A stretch of DNA of 64,000 nt. Origin: Gammaproteobacteria bacterium (lineage in GTDB: Bacteria > Pseudomonadota > Gammaproteobacteria > JBCCGL01). This document shows positions 30,061 to 40,506 of the stretch, in pieces. The notes under the pieces are model-generated. The model saw only the letters and a list, made by a program, of their open reading frames with translations, was not told the DNA's origin and ran no database searches. The stretch covers positions 3,680,001 to 3,744,000 of the forward strand of contig OZ255836.1 in NCBI GenBank assembly GCA_965277715.1, in the 5' to 3' direction. Positions within the stretch are counted from its first letter, which is position 1; each line of letters begins with the position of its first letter. The position numbers were made by a program, and so were the translations under genes.

Positions 30061-31422
30061 ATGTTAAAAAAACCTTTGCAATTATGCCTATTACTCACAT
30101 TGCTACAGCCAGGTATCGCTGCTTTTGCGAGTGATGAGGAGGCTAAACGTGATTCCGCTCAGCAGTTTGTGCAGTTACTGTTTCTGCCGCAGAGCCTCTG
30201 GAACAATCGTTTTGCCGGTATATCAGACGACTGGCAGCCAGGCAATACACCCATGGCAATCGAAATGTTGTCATTGTCACATGATGATCTGGCTTACCAC
30301 TTTGTTGATCTTTTACAGAAAAAAACGGGCCAGGAGCTGGGTTATGACGTTAACCAGTGGTTTACCTGGTGGTGGAAACAGGATGAAAGCCTGTTACAGA
30401 ATTACCCACTGTTTAAATCAAAATTGTATGGATTAATTGATAAAACATTTGAGGGGTACTTCTCGGTTGAGCGCACAGCCCGCATCCGGCTCGATGAAGT
30501 GCGCTGGGGTGGGGTAAAGCAGGATGGCATTCCACCGTTGCGCCAGCCAAAGATGATTACTGCAAAGGAAGCCGACTACCTCGATGACGATAACATTGTG
30601 TTTGGTATTGAAATTAATGGTGACGCCCGCGCTTACCCCAAACGCATTCTCGCCTGGCACGAGATGTTTGTCGATCAAATCGGTGGTATCGATTTTGCCG
30701 GGGTTTACTGCACCTTGTGTGGCGCGGTTATTTTATACAAAACCCGGCATAACGGGGTGCACCACCACCTTGGTACGAGTGGTTTTTTATACCGCTCAAA
30801 CAAATTGATGTACGACAAGAATACCCAATCACTCTGGAACACTACATGGGGTGAGCCGGTTATTGGGCCACTGGCGGATAAAAATATTCGCCTCGAACGG
30901 AGTTATCTGGTGACAACCACCTGGGGGGAATGGAAGCGCCGACACCCCGATACAACGGTGTTATCACTGGATACCGGCCATCGGCGCGATTACGGTGAGG
31001 GCATTGCCTACAAGCAGTATTTTTCAAGCGACGAACTTATGTTCAGTATCTCGACATCAGACGACCGATTGCAAAATAAAGACGAGGTACTGGCGCTGAC
31101 GTTTCCACAGCACAGCGCAAAAACGATGGCTATTGCGGCAGATTTTTTGCGCAATAAACCGGTTTATAAACAAAAGCTGGGCGAATTGGCATTTGTTGTA
31201 TTAACCGATGCCAGTGGTGCAAACCGGGTTTTTGAAACCGGCGGTGTCGAGTTTGTCTCTTACGATCAAAATGTGACGGTAACAGACAGCCTGGGCAAGC
31301 AGTGGCATATGTCAGAAGACAGGTTGTCAACCGGGGATAATGCGCTTGCCCGGCTGCCCGCGCATCGTGCATTTTGGTTTGGCTGGCACTCGGCGTTTCC
31401 GGATACAGTGCTGATCAAATAG
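30061..31422 (+). CDS. DUF3179 domain exported protein
   Basis: GGVKQDGIPPL, AYP..IL.WHE, YCTLC, SGFLYRSN and FWFGW. Confidence 0.8.
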   Translation: MLKKPLQLCLLLTLLQPGIAAFASDEEAKRDSAQQFVQLLFLPQSLWNNRFAGISDDWQPGNTPMAIEMLSLSHDDLAYHFVDLLQKKTGQELGYDVNQWFTWWWKQDESLLQNYPLFKSKLYGLIDKTFEGYFSVERTARIRLDEVRWGGVKQDGIPPLRQPKMITAKEADYLDDDNIVFGIEINGDARAYPKRILAWHEMFVDQIGGIDFAGVYCTLCGAVILYKTRHNGVHHHLGTSGFLYRSNKLMYDKNTQSLWNTTWGEPVIGPLADKNIRLERSYLVTTTWGEWKRRHPDTTVLSLDTGHRRDYGEGIAYKQYFSSDELMFSISTSDDRLQNKDEVLALTFPQHSAKTMAIAADFLRNKPVYKQKLGELAFVVLTDASGANRVFETGGVEFVSYDQNVTVTDSLGKQWHMSEDRLSTGDNALARLPAHRAFWFGWHSAFPDTVLIK

Positions 31423-31519
31423 CCAAAGAGGGAGTGGGGGTGTTTGGCAGCAAAGCCACAAAGCCAAACACCGCCGCTTTCCCCCGGTAGTTTTCCGGCA
31501 CCTTTCAAATGGAAAGCTG

Positions 31520-32119
31520 TTATTCAATAATAATTACCTGGCCGGTAATCACCCCTTCCACACTTTTGCAGTAGGCGAGCCCGACCCTCTCTGAAGAAAC
31601 AGGTTCGTGGCCGGGGAAAAAGCCATCGTAGCGATCAACAGAAGCCTGTAGTAGCCCAGGGCTGACAGCATTGATGCGAATACCTCTGGGCATATCGACC
31701 GCAGCACCGATGATAAATCCGTCGAGCGCGCCGTTGGCGGCCGCTGCGCAGGCACCGCCTTTAATCGGGTCGCGGTTTAACACGCCGCTGGTCAGTGTAA
31801 ATGAACCGCCGTCATTCATATGCTGAATGCCTGCTAATACCAGGTTTACCTGTGGCAGTACTTTGTGGTCGATGCCTTTCATAAATTGTTCGCCGGTCAT
31901 GGTGTCGACAGGGCCAAAATGCCCGTGCCCTACGGCGCTTACCACTGCGTCGACTTTGCCAACTTGTTGATACATGGTGCGAACGCTCTCAATATCTTCG
32001 ATATCAATCTGGATATCGCCGCTGTTGCGGCCCACACGAATAATGTCGTGCCGGTCAGCCAGTGCGTTGATCGCTGTTTGGCCTACGGCACCACTTGCGC
32101 CTATAACAATAATTTTCAT
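31520..32119 (-). CDS. Short-chain dehydrogenase
   Basis: IGASGAVG, GGSFTLTSG and RINAVSPG. Confidence 0.85.
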   Translation of the reverse strand: MKIIVIGASGAVGQTAINALADRHDIIRVGRNSGDIQIDIEDIESVRTMYQQVGKVDAVVSAVGHGHFGPVDTMTGEQFMKGIDHKVLPQVNLVLAGIQHMNDGGSFTLTSGVLNRDPIKGGACAAAANGALDGFIIGAAVDMPRGIRINAVSPGLLQASVDRYDGFFPGHEPVSSERVGLAYCKSVEGVITGQVIIIE

Positions 32120-32318
32120 TTTATCTTTCTCAGTTTGTGAATGTCTTTATCGAAATGACTGTATATCACTACCTTCCTGGCGTGCACGAGTGAACAGTAA
32201 AGCATCCGTTATAAATAATATAGTAGCGGCTCAGGATATATTGCCTCGATAGCGTTTACTTATTTCACGTCTGCTACAATCACTCAATTTTTAGCAGGCA
32301 ATAGGCAGCCACACTCTG

Positions 32319-33263
32319 ATGAATCAACTCGAACAACTGCAACAGTTCACTACACTGGTCGCCGATACGGGTGATATAGAGGCAATCCGCCAATACACAC
32401 CAGAGGATGCGACTACCAATCCCTCGCTGCTGTTAAAAGCCGTGAACCTGCCTCACTACGCAATACAATTGCAGCACGCTCAGCACTATGCGAAAACACA
32501 GGGGGGCGATACACAGACACAGTTGGCAAATGCCACCGATAAGCTGGCTGTGCTGATTGGTCAGGAGATTTTGCGCATTATACCTGGCCGCGTTTCCACC
32601 GAGGTGGATGCCCGTTTATCGTTTGATCGGCAGGCCAGTATTGATAAGGCACGAAAATTAATCGATTTGTACGAGCGCGATGGCGTTGAGCGCCAGCGCA
32701 TCCTGATTAAAATTGCCGCCACCTGGGAAGGTATCCAGGCGGCTGCACAACTGGAAAAGGAAGGTATCAATTGCAACCTGACGTTATTGTTTAGCTTTGC
32801 GCAGGCACAGGCATGTGCCTGCGCGGGGGTCTTTTTAATTTCCCCCTTTGTGGGGCGTATTTACGATTGGTATAAAAAAGCCGAAGGTGTCGATGGCTAT
32901 GCACCCACACAAGACCCGGGTGTGCTATCGGTACAGCGCATTTTCAGTTACTACAAAACCCACGGTTTTCATACAGTCGTCATGGGGGCGAGCTTTCGCA
33001 ACACCGATCAAATCCGCCAGTTATCCGGTTGCGACCGGCTGACTATTAGCCCGGCGCTGATGCAGTCGCTGGCAGAAGCGGATGCACCTGTGCCTCGTGT
33101 GCTCAATGCGGCAAACGCATCATCTGTGGATAATCGCTGTGCGCTCGATGAAAATGCGTTTCGCTGGGGACACAATGATGATGCCATGGCCACTGAAAAA
33201 CTGGCTGAGGGAATCCGTTTGTTTGCGGCGGATCAGGTGAAACTTGAGTCTGTACTGTCCTGA
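32319..33263 (+). CDS. tal: Transaldolase
   Basis: [25 protein letters not shown] and ISPFVGRI. Confidence 0.97.
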   Translation: MNQLEQLQQFTTLVADTGDIEAIRQYTPEDATTNPSLLLKAVNLPHYAIQLQHAQHYAKTQGGDTQTQLANATDKLAVLIGQEILRIIPGRVSTEVDARLSFDRQASIDKARKLIDLYERDGVERQRILIKIAATWEGIQAAAQLEKEGINCNLTLLFSFAQAQACACAGVFLISPFVGRIYDWYKKAEGVDGYAPTQDPGVLSVQRIFSYYKTHGFHTVVMGASFRNTDQIRQLSGCDRLTISPALMQSLAEADAPVPRVLNAANASSVDNRCALDENAFRWGHNDDAMATEKLAEGIRLFAADQVKLESVLS

Positions 33264-33457
33264 AAGGGCTTATCAATTGCCGAGTGTATACAGAGAGTCT
33301 GTATCGCCTGCCCTGCCGGAAAATGGCAATTTGCGTCGAATTAATAGTGAGTTAATGCCTTGTCTGGCGCAGGATACCCGGTAACCTATGGGTGTTCGTA
33401 TTCCGACAGGATTGTCTGTCCACTGTTATTTAATCTCTGTTGATGGAGGGTGAATCA

Positions 33458-34498
33458 ATGAAATTTCAACTCGTAATTAATATGGAGCGTTTCAGCCCCA
33501 GCGATGATATGCGCCAGTTAGAGCGCGATATCCTTGAAATGGTACAGCTCGCCGACACGGGTGGCTTTGAGGTGGTCTGGGCCGCTGAACACCATGCCTT
33601 GGAGTTGACTATTGCCCCCAACCCCTTTCAGCAGCTTACCTGGTGGGCGGCACACACTGATCGCGTCAAGCTGGGTACAGCGGTGGTGGTGGCGCCCTAT
33701 TGGCATCCCATCAGATTGGCGGGTGAAGCGGCCTTGTGCGATTTATACAGCGGTGGTCGTTTGCAGCTAGGCATCGGCTCGGGGGCTTACCAGCGTGAGT
33801 TTGACCGTATGACCAGTGGCCTTTTGCAGAGCGAAGGCTATAAATATATGCACGAGATGCTGCCTGTGTTAAAAGCACTCTGGCAGGGCGATTATGCACA
33901 CGATGGCGAGTACTGGCAGTTCCCAACCTCAACCTCTGTACCCAAGCCGGTTCAAGACCCCCATCCACCTATCTGGGTGGCTGCGCGTGCACCGATTACC
34001 TTCGACTGGGCAGTGGAGAATAGCTGCAATATTATGACCTGGGCATTAACCCGCCCCTTTGCAGAAGTGGAGACTTATCTGCAGCGTTTTGCCGATGCTC
34101 TGGCAAAAGCGCCAGACAAACCGCGCCCCGCTTTCTCGACCATGCGCTATACCTGTGTCGTCGAAAACGAGCGGGATGTGCAGATACCGCTGGATGCCAC
34201 GCTGGCACAAACGGGCCGCTTTGAAAACCTGTTTAAAAATCTGGGTGATGTTAAGCAGGGGTTTGCCGAGGGAATTGACCTGGCGACACTAAAAAGCCGG
34301 GAGGAATTTGACTCTGAGGCGATACTGGAAAACCTGATTTTTGGTACACCTGAGCAGGTTATTGGCAAATTGTGTCGCTATCAGGACGCGGGCATTGATC
34401 AGTTTATCTATAACAGCAGTTACGGTTTGGGCATTGCCCACCAAAAGAAATCGTTGAAATTGTTTGTCGATGAAGTGATGCCTGCATTTGCCGGGTAA
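33458..34498 (+). CDS. LLM class flavin-dependent oxidoreductase
   Basis: WAAEHH, HPIRLA, SGGRL.LGIG.G and PKPVQ.PHPPIW. Confidence 0.9.
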   Translation: MKFQLVINMERFSPSDDMRQLERDILEMVQLADTGGFEVVWAAEHHALELTIAPNPFQQLTWWAAHTDRVKLGTAVVVAPYWHPIRLAGEAALCDLYSGGRLQLGIGSGAYQREFDRMTSGLLQSEGYKYMHEMLPVLKALWQGDYAHDGEYWQFPTSTSVPKPVQDPHPPIWVAARAPITFDWAVENSCNIMTWALTRPFAEVETYLQRFADALAKAPDKPRPAFSTMRYTCVVENERDVQIPLDATLAQTGRFENLFKNLGDVKQGFAEGIDLATLKSREEFDSEAILENLIFGTPEQVIGKLCRYQDAGIDQFIYNSSYGLGIAHQKKSLKLFVDEVMPAFAG

Positions 34499-34508
34499 CC
34501 GTTATCCA

Positions 34509-34550
34509 GACCCCATGTATTAACTTGCACACAAGCTAATACATGGGGGT
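34509..34550. repeat. REP-like hairpin after the LLM gene
   Basis: CCCCATGTATTA-ACTTGCACACAAGC-TAATACATGGGG; same family as 52566-52605. Confidence 0.6.
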
Positions 34551-34816
34551 TAGCCAATGGCAAGGGTTTAACGGCGCGGCTGGGTCTAGAGAGCAGATTT
34601 TTGCGCCTGCAAATCGTGCACTTCCACCTTCTATACCTCTCAATCTGTTAGCAAAACGATGAACCAATAGTAAAATCGTCTGAAGTGGTTTTGAATATCT
34701 GTGCTGGCCCGCAGAATGAACCTAGGGTCGAGGGCTTTTCGGCGTGAAAGGAAAGAAAGGGCTTATACCACAGTGTGAATCGACTGACGCGTATCTGGCA
34801 TAATGCGCACTTTTGA

Positions 34817-35392
34817 GTGCGGCCAGCCGTGAAGACAAAAGACATCGTTTATATCGCTCTGTTTGCCGCATTAACCGCCGCGCTTGGCTTGTTTCCACCG
34901 ATTACCGTACCGATTGCGGCGGGCGTGCCGATTACGGCGCAATCGATGGGGGTGATGCTGGCGGGCGGTATCCTCGGTGCGCGGCGCGGCGCGTTGGCCA
35001 TGCTGCTATTTTTGGCGCTGCTTGCGATTGGTCTGCCGCTGCTCGCCGGTGGGCGGGGTGGTCTGGGTATCTTCGCCGGGCCGAGTGGGGGGTTTCTGTT
35101 CGGCTGGGTATTGGCGGCTGGGGTCGTCGGTTGGCTCACCGGGTGCTTTTGGGCAAAGCTCAACCTGGCTTATGCGTGTCTGTTTAACACCATCGGGGGT
35201 ATTGGTGTGGTGTATGCCCTCGGTATTCCCTGGCTGCATTTTGCCACTGAAATGACACTGATTGATGCCGCTACCGCCGCCGCTGTCTTTATACCTGGTG
35301 ATATAGTAAAGGCCCTGGTGGCGGCGATGGTGATTGTCACGGTGAAGCGCGCTTACCCTTTATTTAACTTAAAACCCGTATCGCCAAACTGA
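34817..35392 (+). CDS. bioY: Biotin transporter S component
   Basis: VPITAQS, GLPLLAGGRGG, GPSGGFL and FIPGD..KA. Confidence 0.9.
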   Translation: MRPAVKTKDIVYIALFAALTAALGLFPPITVPIAAGVPITAQSMGVMLAGGILGARRGALAMLLFLALLAIGLPLLAGGRGGLGIFAGPSGGFLFGWVLAAGVVGWLTGCFWAKLNLAYACLFNTIGGIGVVYALGIPWLHFATEMTLIDAATAAAVFIPGDIVKALVAAMVIVTVKRAYPLFNLKPVSPN

Positions 35393-35422
35393 TGTTGAAA
35401 ACGCACGCTGATGGAGTAGCCG

Positions 35423-36106
35423 GTGAATAAACAACCGGTTATCGAGCTACGCGACGTCCAGTTTTTGGTTGACGATAAACCGCTCCTGCAAGACATTACC
35501 CTGAACCTGCACGAGCGGCGCATCGCCCTGATCGGTGCCAATGGCTCTGGTAAAAGCACCTTTGCCCGCCTGCTCAATGGTCTGTTAGTCCCCACTCAGG
35601 GAGACGTATTGGTCGATGGCCTGAACACCCGCCAGCACGGCAGGGCGGTGCGCCAAAAAGTCGGCTTTGTGTTTCAAAACCCGGATAACCAAATCGTCTT
35701 TCCCAGTGTTGAGGAAGACCTGGCGTTTGGTTTGAAAAACCTCAACCTGGAAAAAGCTGATATCGAACAGCGCATCGACGCGATACTGGCGCGCTGTGGC
35801 CTAAGCGGTTTTCGCCAGCGCCTGATTCACTCGTTAAGTGGCGGTGAAAAACAATTAATCGCCGTGGCCGGTGTGCTGGTGATGGCACCGCATACCATCG
35901 TGCTCGATGAACCGACCACCCTGCTCGATTTGCGCAATACCCGGCGCATTGCCGAAATGCTCGCCGCCCTTGAACAGCAGGTGATTCTGGTGACCCACGA
36001 TCTGGATTTGATCGGTGAATTTGACCGCGTGCTGTGTTTTGCCGATGGCCGCATCGTGCGGGATGGCCCCCCCGGCAGCGTTATCGATGACTACCGCCGC
36101 CAATGA
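35423..36106 (+). CDS. ECF transporter ATPase (BioM-like)
   Basis: [21 protein letters not shown] and DEPT. Confidence 0.9.
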   Translation: MNKQPVIELRDVQFLVDDKPLLQDITLNLHERRIALIGANGSGKSTFARLLNGLLVPTQGDVLVDGLNTRQHGRAVRQKVGFVFQNPDNQIVFPSVEEDLAFGLKNLNLEKADIEQRIDAILARCGLSGFRQRLIHSLSGGEKQLIAVAGVLVMAPHTIVLDEPTTLLDLRNTRRIAEMLAALEQQVILVTHDLDLIGEFDRVLCFADGRIVRDGPPGSVIDDYRRQ

Positions 36107-36744
36107 ACAGTGGCTTTTACCACCCCGGTGTATCGCCGCTGCACCAGTGCTTCCCCGGCCTGAAAATACTGGCTTTACTCCTGGTGTGCTGCGCTGTGTT
36201 TATCGTCGATCACATCGTCGTTATTGCCTTGGTCGCAGTGCTCGTATGCGCCTTGTACTGCATGGCAAAAATACCCCTATCGGTTGCGCTCCGGCAAATA
36301 CGCCCGGTATTGGTGTTTTTGGGTATTATTTTTATCTTGCAGGGCGTGTTGGTCGATTGGCCGGTCGCGATTAAGGTTGTGGTGCGTTTTGGTACGCTGA
36401 TTTTTGCGGCAGCACTGCTTACCCTAACCACCCGCTCTGCGGATATGCTCGACGCCCTGGAGCTCGGTTTAAAACCACTGGCGTGGCTGGGGTTAAACAC
36501 CGGTAAAATAAGCCTGGCGCTGTCACTGGCGATTCGCTTTATCCCAATCATTGCTGGAGTAACCCAGGAAGTGCGCGAGGCGCAACGGGTGCGGGGGCGT
36601 GAACGCAGCGTCTTCGCGGTGGCAGTGCCGACCCTGATACGCACCCTGAAAATGGCAGATGACATTGCCGATGCCATTGATGCGCGGGGCTATGACCCTG
36701 ATCGCTCTAATAATCCCGTGGCCAGTAAGCCGCGTGGCGGGTAA
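36103..36744 (+). CDS. ECF transporter T component (BioN/CbiQ-like)
   Basis: Hydrophobic; LAIRFIP, EAQRVRG and AIDARG. Confidence 0.88.
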   Translation: MNSGFYHPGVSPLHQCFPGLKILALLLVCCAVFIVDHIVVIALVAVLVCALYCMAKIPLSVALRQIRPVLVFLGIIFILQGVLVDWPVAIKVVVRFGTLIFAAALLTLTTRSADMLDALELGLKPLAWLGLNTGKISLALSLAIRFIPIIAGVTQEVREAQRVRGRERSVFAVAVPTLIRTLKMADDIADAIDARGYDPDRSNNPVASKPRGG

Positions 36745-36749
36745 ATCCA

Positions 36750-38204
36750 GTGGCAGATAGATACGACAACCTGGCACTGGTATTCGAGTCACACAACATC
36801 ACCCGGGATGAACTGGAAAAACAGCTCAACCGCCTGTCCGCCTGGTTGCGCATACGCGTCAATACAGGGGCACAAATCGCCCTATACCTGCCCAATTCAC
36901 CCGCACTGGTGCTATTTTTTCTGGCGGGTGTGCGGGCCGGGTGTGAAATGCAGGTGTTTGACCACCAATGGCCAGCGGCCACGGTATCGGGCCTGTTGGC
37001 AAAGCTCTCCCCGGCGCTGTTAATCACCGATCAGGCAATCGGTGGCGATCAGGCAATCGTTGTGTGTGATGCGCCTTATCAGGGATTTAATGATATAGCT
37101 AATCAAGTGGGCGCTGCACAGCAGGCCACGCCGCAACCAGCCCCAGCACCCAATACCGTGTTTTATACCGGCTTCACCTCCGGTTCTACCGGCACGCCAA
37201 AAGGCTTCCGGCGCACCTACGCCTCCTGGCTGGCCAGCTTTAAACATGACCAGGCCGAATGCCCTCTGTACGCCGACGACCGCATCATCGCCCCCGGTGC
37301 GCTTTCGCATTCACTGTTTCTATACGCCCTGCTACGCGGCGTACATGCAGGCATCCCCGTTATCATCTGCCGACGGTTTTCAGCGCACAATGTCGCACGG
37401 GTCATCGCGCTTCACGGCGCTACGGTGTTATATAGCGTGCCCGCACAAATAGGCACATTGATCCAGTTGCCCGCCACCCATTACACCTCTGTACGACGGG
37501 TATTTTCCTCCGGGGCGAAGTGGCCCCCGCAGTGGCGGGCGGTATTCGATAAGGTTTTTTGTCACGCCGAATTGTGCGAGTTTTACGGTGCTTCAGAATT
37601 GAGCTTTGTGGCGATTGCCAAAGCCTCAGAATCTCCCCCGGCACAATCCGTTGGGCGGGCTTTTCGGGGCGTGACGATACGTATCAAAGATGCCCGTGGC
37701 AACGACTTGCCCGCAGGGGAAACCGGGCAGGTGTTTGTCGAGAGCGATATGGTATTTTTGGGGTATGCCGGTGAGCGCTGTGTTGATGGTGTACACACAG
37801 CGCTGACGGTGGGGGATAGGGGGTATCTGGATAACAGAGGTTTCCTGTTTTTACATGGGCGGGTGGACCGGATGATCGTCTCCTCGGGTAAGAATATATA
37901 CCCGGAGGAGATCGAGCAGGTGTTGCTGGTGCATCCCGGTATCGATTGTGCGGCGGTGATTGGCGTTGACGATGACAAGCGAGGGCAGCGTTTGGTCGCC
38001 GTGGTCAAGGGCAAATCGGAAACCAGAATTTGCCGGGCAGATTTACTGACACATTGTCGTAATTCATTACCGCCTTATAAAGTGCCGAGGGTTTATGCTG
38101 TTTGTGAAACCTGGCCACTTACGCGGTCTGGGAAGACAGACAACCTGAAAATCACTGAGGCCTGGCATAACAATAAAACATCACTGTTGAAATTGATGGT
38201 ATGA
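36750..38204 (+). CDS. AMP-binding acyl-CoA ligase
   Basis: FTSGSTGTPKG, FYGASE, GD.G, GKNIYPEEIE and TRSGK. Confidence 0.9.
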   Translation: MADRYDNLALVFESHNITRDELEKQLNRLSAWLRIRVNTGAQIALYLPNSPALVLFFLAGVRAGCEMQVFDHQWPAATVSGLLAKLSPALLITDQAIGGDQAIVVCDAPYQGFNDIANQVGAAQQATPQPAPAPNTVFYTGFTSGSTGTPKGFRRTYASWLASFKHDQAECPLYADDRIIAPGALSHSLFLYALLRGVHAGIPVIICRRFSAHNVARVIALHGATVLYSVPAQIGTLIQLPATHYTSVRRVFSSGAKWPPQWRAVFDKVFCHAELCEFYGASELSFVAIAKASESPPAQSVGRAFRGVTIRIKDARGNDLPAGETGQVFVESDMVFLGYAGERCVDGVHTALTVGDRGYLDNRGFLFLHGRVDRMIVSSGKNIYPEEIEQVLLVHPGIDCAAVIGVDDDKRGQRLVAVVKGKSETRICRADLLTHCRNSLPPYKVPRVYAVCETWPLTRSGKTDNLKITEAWHNNKTSLLKLMV

Positions 38205-39334
38205 ACAAAGCCTACATCGTTGCCGCCAAGCGCACCCCCGTCGCCTCGCGCAACGGCGCGCTCGCCCACTACCCGGTGATTGAACTGGGTGCACGGGTCA
38301 TTGATGCCGCCATACAACAGGCGGGCTTATCCGCCGGGCAAGTGGATAGCGTGATCATGGGTAACGCCCTCTACGCGGGCGGCAATCCCGCCCGCCTGGC
38401 CGCGTTGTCGGCGGGTATTCCCGCGTGTGCCGCTGCGATGACCATCGACACCCAGTGCTGCTCTGGGCTGGATGCCATTAACACCGCCTGCCAGATGGTG
38501 CAATCCGGCGCGGCACACGTCGTCGTTGCCGGTGGTCTGGAGAGCTACAGCCGCGCCCCGATAAGGCAAACCCGCCCATTAAATAAACACGACACCCCTA
38601 TTACTTACCAGCGCCCGCCTTTCACCCCCTGGCCAGCGCGTGATCCAGATATGCTCGACGCCGCTGCCGGGCTGGCCCGGCAGCGGCGTATCTCTCGCCA
38701 GGCGCAGGAGTGCTTTGCGGTGGATAGTCATGCAAAGGCGCGGCGGGTGGGTGCCCGAGAAGGTGAATTGGTGGCATTCGATGAACTGTCGGCAGACAGC
38801 TTTACCCGCAACCTGAATGAAAAAGTCTGCGCACGGGCGCCGGTGATCCGAGGTGATACATTGAGTGGGCTGACACCGACCACCGTAGCGGTGGAAGCCG
38901 ATGCGGCGGCAGTGGTGGTAGTGGTGAGTGAATCGATGTTGCCACAGATTCGTGGTGTGGTTCGCCCGGTAAGCGCACTGCCTGGTTTTTCTGTCGGCGC
39001 TGACCCGGAAATGCCCTCACTTGCGCCGATTGCAGCAGTTGAAAAAGTGTTATTACAACAAATGGTTGCGCCAGATGAATTGGTTGCTGTGGAAGTAATG
39101 GAAGCTTTTGCCGTGCAGGCGATGGTGTGTATTGATGCGTGTGGGTTTGATCGGGCTGTGGTTAATCGTGGGGGTGGAGCCTTGGCGCGGGGGCATCCCG
39201 TCGGGGCTTCCGGGGCGGTTTTGGCAGTGCGGTTGTGGTGGGAATTACAGCGGGAAGCTGTTGGAGGGTATGGATTGGCGACTATTGCGGCGGCTGGGGG
39301 GCTGGGGTCGGCTTTGCTGTGGCGGGTGGTTTAA
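38201..39334 (+). CDS. Thiolase family protein
   Basis: QCCSGL, EAFA and GGALARGHPVGASG. Confidence 0.9.
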   Translation: MNKAYIVAAKRTPVASRNGALAHYPVIELGARVIDAAIQQAGLSAGQVDSVIMGNALYAGGNPARLAALSAGIPACAAAMTIDTQCCSGLDAINTACQMVQSGAAHVVVAGGLESYSRAPIRQTRPLNKHDTPITYQRPPFTPWPARDPDMLDAAAGLARQRRISRQAQECFAVDSHAKARRVGAREGELVAFDELSADSFTRNLNEKVCARAPVIRGDTLSGLTPTTVAVEADAAAVVVVVSESMLPQIRGVVRPVSALPGFSVGADPEMPSLAPIAAVEKVLLQQMVAPDELVAVEVMEAFAVQAMVCIDACGFDRAVVNRGGGALARGHPVGASGAVLAVRLWWELQREAVGGYGLATIAAAGGLGSALLWRVV

Positions 39335-39363
39335 TTGTAATTTAATGTAACAAATCCATAAAC

Positions 39364-39453
39364 CTAACAGGCTGCCTGCGTGCGATCTTCTATCACATCC
39401 AATACACGCCTTGCATCGATATCATTGATGAGCGTCACATAGTCATAGTTTCT
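39364..39453 (-). pseudogene. ISL3-like transposase fragment
   Basis: Minus strand reads RNYDYVTLINDIDARRVLDVIEDRTQAAC*, resembling the ISL3 Y.T...D....RVL.V.EGR segment. Confidence 0.5.
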
Positions 39454-39585
39454 CACTTAAATTGCGTACAAGTTATTCAATAAGATGCCGGTCGAAGAGA
39501 TTGACACTGTAATGTATGATTTTGACAAAATGTGTCATTTTTCTGTAGCATAGGATTGTTTTTTTCTCCTGAGATGAAAACCCTT

Positions 39586-39882
39586 ATGGCATCAACAAAA
39601 AAGCGGCTTGTTTTAGAGCTTGACCCGAGCGAACACAATGCGATCAAAGCCCAGGCCTCCCTGGTGGGAGTGCCCATGCGGCAATATGTGTTGGATTGCA
39701 TACGAATGAAAGATCGACGTTTTATGCCGGATAATCAGCATTCCGTTCCGCCAGTAAGCCGGAAGATTGACCGGGAAAAAGTGGATAGGTACTGCCAGGT
39801 TCTCCGCGAGTCTATGGAAAAAGAGGCGACCTCTACCGATCATGGGGATTTACTCTATGACGAGTTTGGACTTTCAAAATGA
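39586..39882 (+). CDS. Antitoxin (VapB-like)
   Basis: RHH-like N-terminus, C-terminal LLYDEFGL, ATGA overlap with the PIN toxin. Confidence 0.75.
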   Translation: MASTKKRLVLELDPSEHNAIKAQASLVGVPMRQYVLDCIRMKDRRFMPDNQHSVPPVSRKIDREKVDRYCQVLRESMEKEATSTDHGDLLYDEFGLSK

Positions 39883-40289
39883 TTGTCGATACCTCTGTGC
39901 TTTTGGCGGTGGTGCTCGGTGAAGAGGAAAAGGATGTATTTCTGCAGGCGTTTGAAAATAATGCACATACCAAAATGTCTGTGGCTTCATACTTAGAGGT
40001 GCACCTACGCATACTGCGTGATGATAGCCCTGTGCTCAAAGAAACACTCCAAAACCTTGTCTCCAGCCTCTCTATTGAGCTTGAACCGGTAACCATTGAG
40101 CAGATAAACATGGCTATCGATGCCTTTAATCGATATGGCAAGGGGCGCGGCCATCCGGCGCAGTTGAATTATGGCGATTGTTTTACCTATGCGCTTGCCA
40201 AGTCATACAGTAAACCGCTTTTGTTTAAAGGAAATGATTTTTCCCATACGGATTTATGGCTGCATGAAGCGTCGTCTCATCGACGATAA
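39879..40289 (+). CDS. vapC: PIN domain toxin
   Basis: MIVDTSVLLA, GKGRGHPAQLNYGDCFTYA and LLFKGNDF. Confidence 0.92.
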   Translation: MIVDTSVLLAVVLGEEEKDVFLQAFENNAHTKMSVASYLEVHLRILRDDSPVLKETLQNLVSSLSIELEPVTIEQINMAIDAFNRYGKGRGHPAQLNYGDCFTYALAKSYSKPLLFKGNDFSHTDLWLHEASSHRR

Positions 40290-40506
40290 GCCCATCATTT
40301 TTCTACTTAGGCATCGACGAAGCGGTTCGATTGTTGAAAAATACACGTTCTGCCTTTACCAGCGAGGCGCTTGGCAACGCCATTTAGCAGTATCGCAAGG
40401 GGTATCAAAAAAGGCCGGTTACGGATAATGCGTTGTCACTCTGGGAAGAGGGTGCCTGAAAATATTTGAGTGTTGATCAGTTAACTGAAATTTTTAGAGT
40501 AACTAA

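Noticed and set aside
40300-40330. YLGIDE motif resembling an ISL3 catalytic segment
   Set aside because: Too short, and on the opposite strand to the 39364 fragment
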